NCBI RefSeq assembly: GCF_038025025.1
Contig: NW_027117340.1
Location: 930,001 to 994,000 of the forward strand
Origin: Phyllosticta citribraziliensis
Lineage: Eukaryota
Direction: 5' to 3'
Length of the DNA: 64,000 bases
The notes under the pieces were generated by a model that worked only from the letters and a program-made list of their open reading frames with translations, ran no database searches and was not told where the DNA came from. How positions within the stretch are numbered: position 1 is the stretch's first letter; each line of letters starts with the position of its first letter. Positions 1 through 11,042 of this stretch are shown piece by piece. A program made the position numbers and the translations under genes.

Positions 1-248
1 CTTTACTGAACAGGCGTGAACTGAGTGCCATGTCTGTTTTGATATGAAACGTGTTCAGCGAATGTGTACAGTCAGTTCATCATTTGCGGTAGGTCTTGGT
101 AGTTTGAGGACGATGACGATGCTTGAAGAAAAAATCTCCGTGTTCCTTGCGTGCCTGCTCCTCTTGAAACAGAGAGTGAATACTTCACCTACATGGACTT
201 GCAGTCGTCATTCCTTCTCCTGAGATCTGTCCTTCCACCTTCACAAAA

Positions 249-2533
249 TCACCCCTTCCACTTAATATTCAACCAATAATGCCACTCAGGTTTGCGCCAC
301 CACATCAACATCGACAAAACCCAGAATCCCATTCCGGCAAGCCCCCACAAGGAAGACAGCCCCTCCTCCGCATCGGCGCCCAATGCTCTGCTAGTAGCAA
401 ATCGACCAAACGCAACAATGACACTTAGAATGAACATCAATATCCAGTAGCAAAAGGCTTTCCAGTTGTTCTCTTGCGCTGCGAGCTTGAGTTGTGAAAC
501 AACAAAAATCCCGTACAAACCTAGGCTGAACAAGGCGACAGGAAGCCATAATGAACTCGCAGTTGAGGCTCTGTATCAGAGTGAGATAAAATCAAACGTC
601 TTTGTGTGCGCAGGCTGTTGGGGAACGACGTAGGGCCGGTAGTAAGAAAAAGGTTTGACACATACGTTAAGCTTAGATGAGCCAACCAAATGCGCCACAA
701 ATAGCTATAGCGGGTCAGAAAACGAATCAACCAACGAATAGTCGCGCCGCCGACCGAAGGCAAGACACCGAAGCCCAAAGTCAACGGGATAGATATGGCC
801 CAAAAGGTGTTCAGGTCGAAGGACTGGTTGCCACCTCGCGTTGCGGTCTCTGTAATGTTGCTCCCGATAGTCTTGTTGAGATCTGTTGGATCGATGAAAG
901 TCTGGTTCGTCCACGTAGATACTTCGCCGTCTAGTTGATTGATGTTCATACCGAAAAAGGACTGTCATGAGCTTATAATCAGCGGTCCGCATCGATTTTG
1001 ATGTTTCTCTTTCTCTCTTTTTCATGGGCTTTTTCTTTTGATGCGTCACCTACCGAAACAAATGACATTGGAATGAAGAGACCTGCGAGCAAAGTCAGGC
1101 CCGTTGTCCGCCGCATTTGCATCAGATCTAGCAGCTCTTTAAGCGTCTGGCGAATCCGCTCGGTTTCTTTGGCGAGTCTGTTCAACTCCACAGCGAAATA
1201 GTCGAGATCCTTGGCGAAATTGGCGATGTCTTGGAGATGTTCCCTGTGTTCATCTGCCATCGAGATGTCGAAGTTACCACGGAGATACCCCAGCAGTCGA
1301 TCCACGGTTACATTATTCGTGTGACAGGCCAAAAGCGCACTTCGCCTGCAGTCTTCGAGATGCACCACGTGTTGTAGCTTGCTCGCAGAAGGGTATTTGC
1401 GACCATCAACATCCTATGCCGGACTTAGCTGTATGTTCCAATCGTTATCCGGATTTACCGTATGTCACTCACTAATCTGTACAGCTCTCTCAAGGTCTTT
1501 TCCACAAGAGCGATATAGCAATCTCGCATGTGCCTCACAGCAGATAGCGTGACTTCTATTACCTGGCCATGCCATGTTTTGGCATTGGGCAATTGCCCAA
1601 GATCGTGTGAATTAGGTGCAAGCAGCAAGATTTTGCGGGTGCTTTTGCACTGATGGTGGAATAGACAAATGTTGAGTTGATTCATCCTGGGAAATCCTGC
1701 AAAGGGTCTGAAGACGTAGACGTGAAGGTCCGATGTGAATGATATGATAGTCTTCTTCGTTGGGTACTCAAAAGCGAAAATGTCTCGAGTGGTGAGCTCC
1801 GGACCAACCTCAGGGCTTGAAGAGGGCAGGCCAGCCTTCCACAGGCTCACTTTGTGTATGCGCGGGAATTCATGCGTATAACGATGCGCTCGTTGTTGAC
1901 CCAAAAGGAGGCTGAGTTCGAGAGTATGGTTTGGCCGGAGGTTCCATTCCAGCGCTGCTTCGCGGATGACATAGTGTCTCATAATCCTCGCAACGTTCTC
2001 CACTAAATATGGCCCGGACGGCCACAGTTTCCGCCAGAAGGTCAAGGTTTCTTTGAAGCTGACTGACGAATCGGCAAAAATGGCCAGGAATTCAAAATCT
2101 GAGTGGGTGTTTCTCTGTAGCAAATCCCTGAAAAATTTGAGACATGCATACCATGTCAAGTCCTCGGTGAGTCTCAATGCAACTTTCCCCGAATTTTGAC
2201 TGTAGCCATAGTAAGATGCAAGCATTTCGAATCCGCCTTGGTTTTTCCATGCTTGGATTTTCTGGCCAATCAATTCGGCGTCCGAGTTCGATATGTACTC
2301 CCGAAAGTCGTCCCGAAATTTGGCCTGAGGACACGATTAGAAAGTGGTCTTGTGGTGACAGAGCAACCTACCTCGGAATCTAAAGATTGTGACTGATGCA
2401 AAATTTGGGACTGTCGACCAATCGAGGCTGGTCTCGAGCCGCCAGTAAGAGGACGGAGCTCTCCTCCCTCCAGCATATCTTGGCGTTTACGCTCCTGCCG
2501 CCGTTTGACAGCCCCAGCAAATGGATTCCTCAT
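249..2533 (-). CDS. CorA-like Mg2+ transporter-domain membrane protein (5 exons)
   Basis: ATG at 2533 (MRNPFAG). GT-AG introns at about 2371-2325, 1472-1414, 1053-962 and 665-571 join five ORF pieces in frame. The C-terminal region has a coiled segment followed by 'LTLLAGLFIPMSFVS-SFFGMNI...TFWAISIPLT', the CorA GMN signature between two TM helices, and then further hydrophobic helices. Confidence 0.7.
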
Positions 2534-3345
2534 CGTTTCCGTATAGCCTTCAAGCCCTAAAAGAACCAATCGAAGATTTGAGCTGGCAGTAGAGGTAAGT
2601 GCCGTTGGAAAGCAGAAGGCGATGAAGGCGAAGGACTGCTTAAGAACGTGAAGAGGGCTTCGCTCAGCCCGAGAAAATGAAAGCAGCAAGGCCGGAGATT
2701 CATGCAAGCTAATCTGGGCCCGGATGAAGATGGTGTGTCATCCTGGCGTTCAAGATGGTAGCACGACGTGGGAAGCTGCGGTAAGCTTCGTCGGAAGAGC
2801 TCGTGGCGCCGAAGGATGGGGAAATTAATGAAGAACAAGGTCATCTCAGTAGGATGGCCAAGCAGCCTGATGCAATGCTACCCTGTCTGGTATCTTCATA
2901 GCTCATCTTGATTATGTCGAAGAAACTTTTGTTGTTCAGGTCCGGGTTGATGCGAGGCAGTGGCGCTAGCCCAAGTAAGCAATCGGCGAGGCTGAGCCAG
3001 AATCAGCAACCGCCACCACGCTGGTGGCACGTACCTCGAACGACTGGTGATTACGGCACATGAATCTGAAAAACCAATGTTGGCTCACACTAGCCCGTGT
3101 GGTTGCAGAATCGCCCAGGCCAGGCTTTTGATTCAGGTCCAAATGAAAGGCTATCTTGATAAATCAAGAAAAATGCAGAAGAGGTATAGTACAAAAAGCA
3201 TCCACCCATCCATCAATTCCAACATGTACAGGTCAAGTGATTAGGCAAATCCAGGCATATATGTGTATGTGCATTCGGTCGTCGTTAAACTGCTCTAGGT
3301 CCCTCAAGGACGTGGCTACTGGTCGATCGATCTGATATCCAGCTT

Positions 3346-3981
3346 TTACATCATGCCCATGAGGACACCGGCACCGACACCAAGGAGACCCGTCAGGCCG
3401 ACGGCGGCGGTAGCAACGGGGACAGCGCCGGCAGTGCTGGTCACAGAGGCGCTCGAGTCCGAGGAAGAGGAGCCGCTGGCAGAGGAGCCCGTAGCCGAAG
3501 CAGAGGCGCTGGCAGCAGACTGGCTACCGGTGATGCCCGCGAGGGCCGACGAGGCGGCAGCGCCCAGGCTGGTCTGGCTGGCAAGCTCGGAGAGAAGGCT
3601 GGTGGGAATGTTTGTGCCGGACAGGAGCTTGCTGAGGTCGGAGGTGATGTCGGCGCTGGCGCCGCTGGCGAGAGAGTTGACGTCGGTACCGACCGAGCCA
3701 GCAGCGCTGGTGATCTTGCTGGCTGCGTCGCCGCCCGCGCTCGTCACGTCGCCGCCGACGCTCGTGACATCTCCTGCGGCACCCGTGGCGGCGGCGCCGG
3801 CGCCCGATGCTGCGGCACCAGCTCCCGAGACGGCATCGCCAGCGACAGACTGGACGTCGTCGATAATGTCGCGGGCATGGACGTTGGCGGTGTCGCCGTG
3901 AGGACGGCGAAGGACGTGGTGAAGCTCAGAGGCCGAGGCGATGCTCAGGAGAGCGAGGATGCCGAAAGCAGAGGTACGCAT
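3346..3981 (-). CDS. Secreted Ser/Ala/Gly-rich, probably GPI-anchored cell-surface protein
   Basis: Intronless 211-aa ORF with a signal peptide (MRTSAFGILALLSIASA), low-complexity GDVTSxG repeats, a Ser-rich stalk and a hydrophobic C-terminal tail (AVGLTGLLGVGAGVLMGMM). Confidence 0.8.
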   Translation of the reverse strand: MRTSAFGILALLSIASASELHHVLRRPHGDTANVHARDIIDDVQSVAGDAVSGAGAAASGAGAAATGAAGDVTSVGGDVTSAGGDAASKITSAAGSVGTDVNSLASGASADITSDLSKLLSGTNIPTSLLSELASQTSLGAAASSALAGITGSQSAASASASATGSSASGSSSSDSSASVTSTAGAVPVATAAVGLTGLLGVGAGVLMGMM

Positions 3982-5389
3982 ATTGAAGGAGGATGGTTCG
4001 TAGAGAGATGTAAAGTCGTTGCAAAGGGCTGAGGAAATTCAGGACGTTCGTGACTGGAGATGGAAGACGGTGGATGTTGCAAGAGCAAGGGAGGAGAAGC
4101 AGCGTGGTGGGTGGGCAATTAAAAGGGCAAAGCAGTGCCTTCCCCAGGGTGACTGGCGGTGGTCCGTGGCGAGAGGCGCTCGTGGCAGTGTCAAGGCCTC
4201 ACGGCCACAGTCGGTGCCAGAAGACATCTCGTTCGCTGATGACGATGAGACAACAATTACGCCGTGGCCAATGGCAAAACTTGGCTCATCAAGAGGGACT
4301 GACGGGAGGCTGAATGACTGAGAGGCTTGCGCATCAGCATCCTACGGGCCGTTCCTGCCTTGGCTGCGTGGCCCACAGCCTTCAGTTCGTGTTGGCCTGG
4401 GTCCATGATTCCCTTCCCTTGATGGTGGTGATTGACGCGGAGTTGGTCTTGACGCAAGGCACCCTGACGTCTCGGCCTGACGCATGCCTGAATTCGGAGC
4501 GGAACAGCTTTCTTCCTGGCACGTGAATGAAAAGGAGAAGGGCCGGGGACCTGGACTCCAGCCATCACAACGGCTCGCCATCAACCGCGACCCATCCGAT
4601 TAGTTCTTGTTGATCGTGGGTCCCGAGGCCGCCGATTCCATCTGTCCTGCCGCGGCATAGGAACGGCCGGCGGAAGCCTGTGTACATACATCTCGACTCT
4701 CAAAACTCGACAGGCCAAACAAGGCATCCATCGCCAGGCACCGACATCTATGTTTGCCATTGGCAAGGCTCATCAGTGGTCTCCACATTCGAAAAATAGA
4801 AAACGCGCCTCTTCTCATTACTTGTCAGGTGCCGCGACTCGCGGCCTGAGGGCTGAAGACGACGACCCGCACCCTGGCGCAGCCCTATGAGGGATGAGGT
4901 CCGCCAGAAGTTGTGGGGCCACGCCAAGGGGCACGCGGTGCCTCCGACCCGAGTCTCCGAACATCACCACCACCCGGATCCGAACTGTCAGTACGGTCCG
5001 CAAAGGGGTTGCGGTAGTACAGGCTACAGCAGATGCGATGTGAGTTGAGCTGAAAAGCTCCGCGACCCGACCCGCGATAGCGATAGCCTATGCACCACCG
5101 CGCGCTGCCGCCTTTCCGCGCCGCTAGCTACAGGACCAGTGCGTCATGTAGCGTGCGGAGCGCTGGCTTGATGATTGGAAAGTCGGGTGGCGAGACGTTC
5201 AAAGACGTCGTTGTCCGTCCGTCCCGGTTGCACTTGTACACCACATATTCCGCATGCTTCCCCGCCTTTGAGTGTCGTCGTTGTGAAAAGAAAAAATCAT
5301 CGCCAAAAATCTTGAGCGCAATATCTCTCTCGAATCGTTTGATTCGGTTCATGCGTCACCCTTTTTTCGTCTCCTGAACAATCGCAGCT

Positions 5390-7145
5390 ATGGGCAGTCT
5401 TAGCGAGGACATAAGTGTCATGGTCATCGGAGCAGGTTAAAGCGGCCATTTCATCGAAGCTGGACGTTCGCTGACGTTGTCATTCAGGCTCTGGCGGGAG
5501 ACTGATCGCTCAGGGGCTGAAAAAGGTATGTGGGAGGTGTTTCTTCTCTGCACTTTTTCTCTCTCTCTCTCTCTGTTCGCCTTTCCCTCGTTGCTCTGAT
5601 AATTGGACGAATCGACTCGGTCCTGACGAATTCTTAGGCAGGCATAAAATGCACAGTGTTCGAGAGAGACCCCGACTTGGACTCGCGACCGCGCGACTGG
5701 AACTTTGGCATCTACTGGGCTCAGGTAAGCCAACCCATTGCTCTCCGAACGTGTTTGTTTTATGGAAACCATGTTTCTGACATGTGGTCGTGATAGACGT
5801 CACTCGACGAATGTCTACCCAAAGAGGCAAGCGAAAAGATTATTTCTGCACAAGTAGACAACTTTCGGCCGTCTCCTGATGCCTTTATTCCCTTCTTCAA
5901 CGGCGTCACGGGCGAACTCATGACCCAATTGGACACGCCTTACTATCTGCGACTACGCAGGAGAGAGTTTGCCCGCGTCATGGGGTCGGGCATTGACGTT
6001 CGGGTAAGTCAGCACGTTTCGAGACGCAACCGCAACAGCTAACATCTCAACCACAGTACAACAAGAAACTCGTCAGCATCGACGCAGAATCCGGGCCTGG
6101 CGTGACGGCCTCGTTTGCCGACGGCACGCAGCACACGGCGACGCTGCTCGTGGGAGCAGAGGGCGCGCATTCGCCGACACGCGAATACCTGCTGGGCCCG
6201 GAAAAGGGGAAGCTGCTCTACTCGGACATTGTCATGGCATCGAGCCTGATCAAGCTGCCCGCCGACAAGGTGCGCGAGCTGCAGGCACTGCACGAGCGCA
6301 TTACGTGCGCCTTGCATCCAAATGGCAACTTTCTGTGGCTGGCAAGTCAGTCTCCCCTGATTTCTCCCCCTGCTTCCCCAAGCCGTCCACCCCTCTCCCC
6401 TTCCACATATCAAAAAACATAGAGAATTACACAGAGCTGACGTCCCACAGCGCACGACGCAGTGAGCAGTCCCGACCCCGCCGAATGGACGTTTCTCTTC
6501 CTCATGAGCTGGCGGCAAACGGGGCCGCTCTCGTATAGCAGCAGCGCCGACATCATGCGCGACCTAAAGGCGCGCTGCGAGGCCTTCGGCGACGTCTTCC
6601 GCAGCATCACGCGCGCCGCCCCGGACGACGCGCCCGCCTGGGCAAACTACCTGCCGTACTGGCCGTCGCAGCCGTGGGCCGACCACCCGGCGCACGGCAA
6701 AGTCACGCTGGCCGGCGACGCCGTGCACCCCATGACGCCGCGTAAGCACAAAGTCCCCTGTTCTACCCCTGATCCTTCAAACAAACGTATCGCATCGTAG
6801 AGCGCAACTCCCAGAGACTGACGACAAATAGACCGCGGCCAAGGCCTCAACAACGCGATCCTCGACTGCGCGCAGCTCGTCCAGCAAATCGCCGCCATGC
6901 CGACGCACACGCCGGCCGCCCTCGCCGACGCCGTCAAGCGCTACGAGCGCGAGGTCGTGGCGCGCGGCAGCGAGGTCGTGGCCAGCAACCTGCAGAACTC
7001 GCTCGACGTCCATGACTGGGAGCGCCTCATGCAGAGCATGATTTTCAAGTACTCGGTCGCGCAGAAGGTGCCGGGGGCCGCCAAGGCGGAGACGGGTGAA
7101 GATGGGGGGAGGGAGAGGGAGGTGGGGAGTGGCAGGGCGGAGTGA
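5390..7145 (+). CDS. FAD-dependent monooxygenase (aromatic hydroxylase family, 7 exons)
   Basis: ATG at 5390. Introns 5436-5487, 5526-5637, 5725-5796, 6004-6056, 6346-6450 and 6742-6831. Motifs: VIGAGSGG (GxGxxG), VFERD, LLVGAEGAHS (DG-type) and TLAGDAVHPMTPHRGQGLNNAILD (GD motif). Confidence 0.9.
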
Positions 7146-7533
7146 TGGTCGGATGGGTGGACGGATGGGGTGTACGAATAGGGAGGGAGTCTGGGTGGCG
7201 GGTTTGTTTCGTGTGCGCGTTTTTGGATAGCGAATCTCATGTCTTTGTGGGAGCAGTGCTCAAGTTTGAAATGAAATATATAGGTTAACGATGCCTTTTG
7301 CGTTGCAATGTCGTCTGGGTAGAGCTGGGTTGGGAGGCCAGACGCCAGAGAAATGCAATTGGCGAGCGAGGTAGAGGAAGTGTTGACCAAATATAGACTC
7401 TTTTTTTTTGATCGCAATCTCCAGAAGGAAGCAAGACACAGAGCACATCTGATAGCTCGAGAGGAAGAAACAAACTAAATCGACGCAGAGCAGCCCAACT
7501 CACACCAACCTGCTCCCCACCGCACAAAACCCC

Positions 7534-8217
7534 CTACAACCCCAACAAATCCGCCAAATGGCCAATATCCTCAACCTCATAATAATTGTACTCCGGCGTG
7601 GGCGGCTCATGCCTCCTCCCCCTGACAAAAACCTTGTGCGTAATCCCCATGCTCTCGGCCGTCATCAAATCATAGCGCAAGCTGCTGCTGACGTGCAGCA
7701 CGTCCTGCGGCTCGCAGCCCAGCTGCCCAAACATGTACTCGAAGCCCTGCATGCGCGGCTTGTAGCTCTGCGCCTGCTGCGCCGTGAAGACGGCGTGGAA
7801 CGGCGCCCCCAGCTTGTCCACGTTGCTCATGATCTGCTCGTCGGCCGCATTGGACAGGATGACCAGCTTGTATTTTTTGGCCAGCCGCGAGAGGCCGGCC
7901 GGCACGTCGGCGTGTGGGCCCCAGGTGGGGATGGCCGCGTAGAAGGTCTCGGCGAGTGCCTCGTCGTAGGGGACTGAGAGTCGCGTGCAGGTGCGTCGCA
8001 GTGAGTTGAGGATCACGTCCCGGTACGGCTTGTAGGGCCCCATGACTTCGTCGACCCGGTAGCCGCTGAAGAGGTGCACGAAGCGCTCGAGCATTTCAGG
8101 GGATAGCTTGGGGCCGTAGACTTCGCGTGCCATGCGCGACATGTTGAAGTCGATGAGCGTGCCGTAGCAGTCGAAGGTGATGTATTTGGGCTCGAACGTT
8201 ATGCGTGGAGTCGCCAT
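7534..8217 (-). CDS. Haloacid dehalogenase type II (HAD superfamily)
   Basis: Intronless 227-aa ORF from ATG 8217. HAD motif I (ITFDCYGTL), motif II (VILSN), motif III (SYKP) and motif IV-like (LHVSSSLRYDL). Confidence 0.9.
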   Translation of the reverse strand: MATPRITFEPKYITFDCYGTLIDFNMSRMAREVYGPKLSPEMLERFVHLFSGYRVDEVMGPYKPYRDVILNSLRRTCTRLSVPYDEALAETFYAAIPTWGPHADVPAGLSRLAKKYKLVILSNAADEQIMSNVDKLGAPFHAVFTAQQAQSYKPRMQGFEYMFGQLGCEPQDVLHVSSSLRYDLMTAESMGITHKVFVRGRRHEPPTPEYNYYEVEDIGHLADLLGL

Positions 8218-8437
8218 GGTGTGGACGTGTTTTGTTTCTCTTGAGCTTGCAGCAAACGGAGGACAGTGAGGAAAGTGAGGAAATTTGGTGGTGGACAGTG
8301 GTTTGGATGGAATGTTCTGTAGACTGGAGCTGCGTTGTTCGAGTACGGACGTTTTGATAGAAGACGAGGGGGACCGGGAGTGGGGGTTGAGCAAAGCGAC
8401 GAGATAGAGAAGCTGTAAACTACTTAGCTATCCCACC

Positions 8438-8447
8438 TATATATATA
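8438..8447 (-). promoter_or_regulatory. Candidate TATA element upstream of the dehalogenase
   Basis: TATATATATA run about 220 nt upstream of ATG 8217. Confidence 0.35.
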
Positions 8448-9218
8448 TTTTCCCCACAATACTTTGTGATATCCACCTGCGCCGCAGTTGTCCGTGAGCC
8501 CGCAAGTTGAATGGAGTTGAGGTTGTGGCTGGACGGGCGCCTGCGATCGGCTTCGCTGCCGTGGCGCCGTTTTCCGCGGATTACGATAAGGTCACCAAGG
8601 TGCTCAATTTGCAGCACAGTTGAATGTTCTGCCGCTGTGAAAGAGATTCTTTCTTTACACTGCTAGCATTAATTGGTAAATCCATACCAGCAAACAAGTG
8701 GTGAGGCATTGCGCGCGAGCAGTCCATTTGCGTCGTGGCCACGCAGGGAAGGGCATTCCCGTGTCAGTTGGCAATGCTGAGCATTCGTTAGGAAGCGCTG
8801 CGACATTGTACATCCTTCGTAGTGAGAACATCTAGAAGAAGTTGTAAAAATAAGTGGTTGACTTGAAGGAACGGCAGTAGGCTCCAGTTTTTACCCTGAT
8901 GCACGATTTTCAGGCCAGGGATCCCCAGGGTAGACTTAGCGAAGAGCCTCATTGTCGCGCCTTACTCATTTTGTCACCTACCTGACTCGCCACTACTTCC
9001 TTCATCATTAGCGATTGCACGTTTGAGGGAGTTTGACAGGATTGGCTGGATCGAGGCGGCTGGAAACAGCCGGATGCAAAGGATCGAGTAGATGGTGCAT
9101 CCCCAGGGATTCGGACCAAGGGTAGCTCGAGTCTGGCCGAATGCTGCAGTCAAGGCGGCACGTCGGGTTTGTTTGGATGGATTTGACAGGTGATGGACTT
9201 GTCGAATGTCAGATTGGA

Positions 9219-9786
9219 CTAGTTTGGAGACGGCTGATGCAAGTTGAGAAGTAGAGTCGGTCTCTGTTGTCCTTGCATCCATTCTAGCTCGCACGATGTC
9301 ATTGCGGAGACGGCATTGATCATGAGATGGCTAGGGGTACGGACGTAGAAGCGCTGACCCACACGGAGGTAACTCGAGGGGCGACGTGTTGGACGAGGTC
9401 GATTGATGGGAGTTGGTGGTGACGTCTCAATCGGGGTCGACTGGATGCAGTTGACCAAATCCTGTAGGGCAGAGATGGAGGTGAGGTGTTCATATGGCAT
9501 CTTGACGTAGAGGGGTGGATATAGATCTCCACAAAAGACGAGCGCAAACCAGATTGGGATGTCGGAGAGGCCCAAGAAGAAAGGCCACGCATCTGTCGGG
9601 CGGGGAAAAGCAGTTGGCAAATTGTCCGGTTTCAGCTTTGGCAGCCGTTTTCTGTGATCGACGGCGGGCGAAGTTGGTCCCGGCTCCCGATGAAGCGGGC
9701 AGTGACACGGCAGCGCCGCTCACGAGAGGAACAAAAGCAATGGGTGGATGGGATGTAGCGTGCGTGCAGCGGATGGTGTAGCCCAT
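9219..9786 (-). CDS. Possible hypothetical protein (structure unresolved)
   Basis: Overlapping minus-strand ORFs 9490-9786 and 9219-9620, with a plausible acceptor near 9594. I found no consistent splice phase or recognisable domain. Confidence 0.2.
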
Positions 9787-11042
9787 GTTCCGAGCTGGGA
9801 CGGCAAGGCCGAAGACGCGGCGGTCAGTTGACGGCTGGAAGAAAGGGTCGTGTCAAGTTTTGGCATCCCTTGGACTCGGAAGGTTTCGACGGACGCATGG
9901 GAGCTGCGGGTAGCCGCGATTGATCGACGGAGGAAGGATTGATTCGGCGGAGGCGGAGGCGGAGGCGGAGACGGGTGAGGTGGGACGGGAGAGAGTCGAC
10001 GTTCAGGTTCAGGTTCAGGTCAATTGTCTCTGGGAGCAGAGGGGGAGAACAGAAGATCCAATGGTGTTGTGGCAGGTCCAGTGCCGTGAGGGTGAGCACA
10101 GGCCGGCTAGTGGCGTAAGTGGCTGTCGCTCCCGCTGAGGTGGCGTTCCAACTTCCCAATTCTCTCCATCACCACCTCATCCAACGTCAATCACCGGGCA
10201 TGGTCCAGAGCACCAGACCAGACCTCAACCGACGACAATCTCAATCAACGACAGCGATGCCAAAACCACAGTCTTCTCAATTGCATACAGCGCAAGAGAT
10301 GGAACCCCCCCGGTGGACTACTCCTCCAGGTCTGACGCGGTGCACCCAATCCGGTTTATGCACCCAGCGACCGGGATGATACCTGCTGTCGCCGCCACAC
10401 CATGTCATGCGGGCTCCGCCGGCTGCACAACTTCGTCCAACGCGTCTTGACGCCGTCTGTCTCACGAGAACTACCGTCCGGTCCTCTCGACTCTCGATCG
10501 CTGCTCCACCACCCGCGAATCGTCGATGGCTACCGTACTCGACTGGCTTGCAAGTCACCATCCATGTCGCAGCAGATGCCCAGCCACAGCTCCGTCTTAC
10601 CAGACGCCAGGCCTCCTGCGCCAGGCCGTTCGACCCTCGCCATCTGACGCAATGTGCACTCCCCATTCGCCTTCGACGCCCGCCAGCGTGTAACGTGATG
10701 GCCAAAACAAGTTTCCCTATGACGCTATCGCTGAGGCGCGAGCTACCCTGCAGACCCAGAGCTCCAAGTCCTCCTCCAACACGATGGTCCTCTCATGCCT
10801 ACGTCATAGCCGCAGACGCCTTTTTCGCGTCCCCTCGACCATCCATTTAACCTTTGACCGGCCTGGCTTAGTTGCCTCGACATCTATCCTCCCACACCAA
10901 CCTCCCACTATACCATTGCATGCCCAAATCTCCCCCAAGTTACGAATTGTATTCCTTCCCCCTCTCTCCCACTAGAAGATCTTCCCACTCCTCCACTACG
11001 AGTTCACGTTCCACTCCACGAAAGTTACGACCACCCACCAAC

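Noticed and set aside
6342..6347. Apparent GC donor (GCAAGT) in the monooxygenase
   Set aside because: The phase matches the canonical GTCAGT donor at 6346 instead.
8218..8394. N-terminal extension of the dehalogenase in the ORF track
   Set aside because: It starts at a non-ATG codon and looks like 5' UTR. Family similarity begins at ATG 8217.
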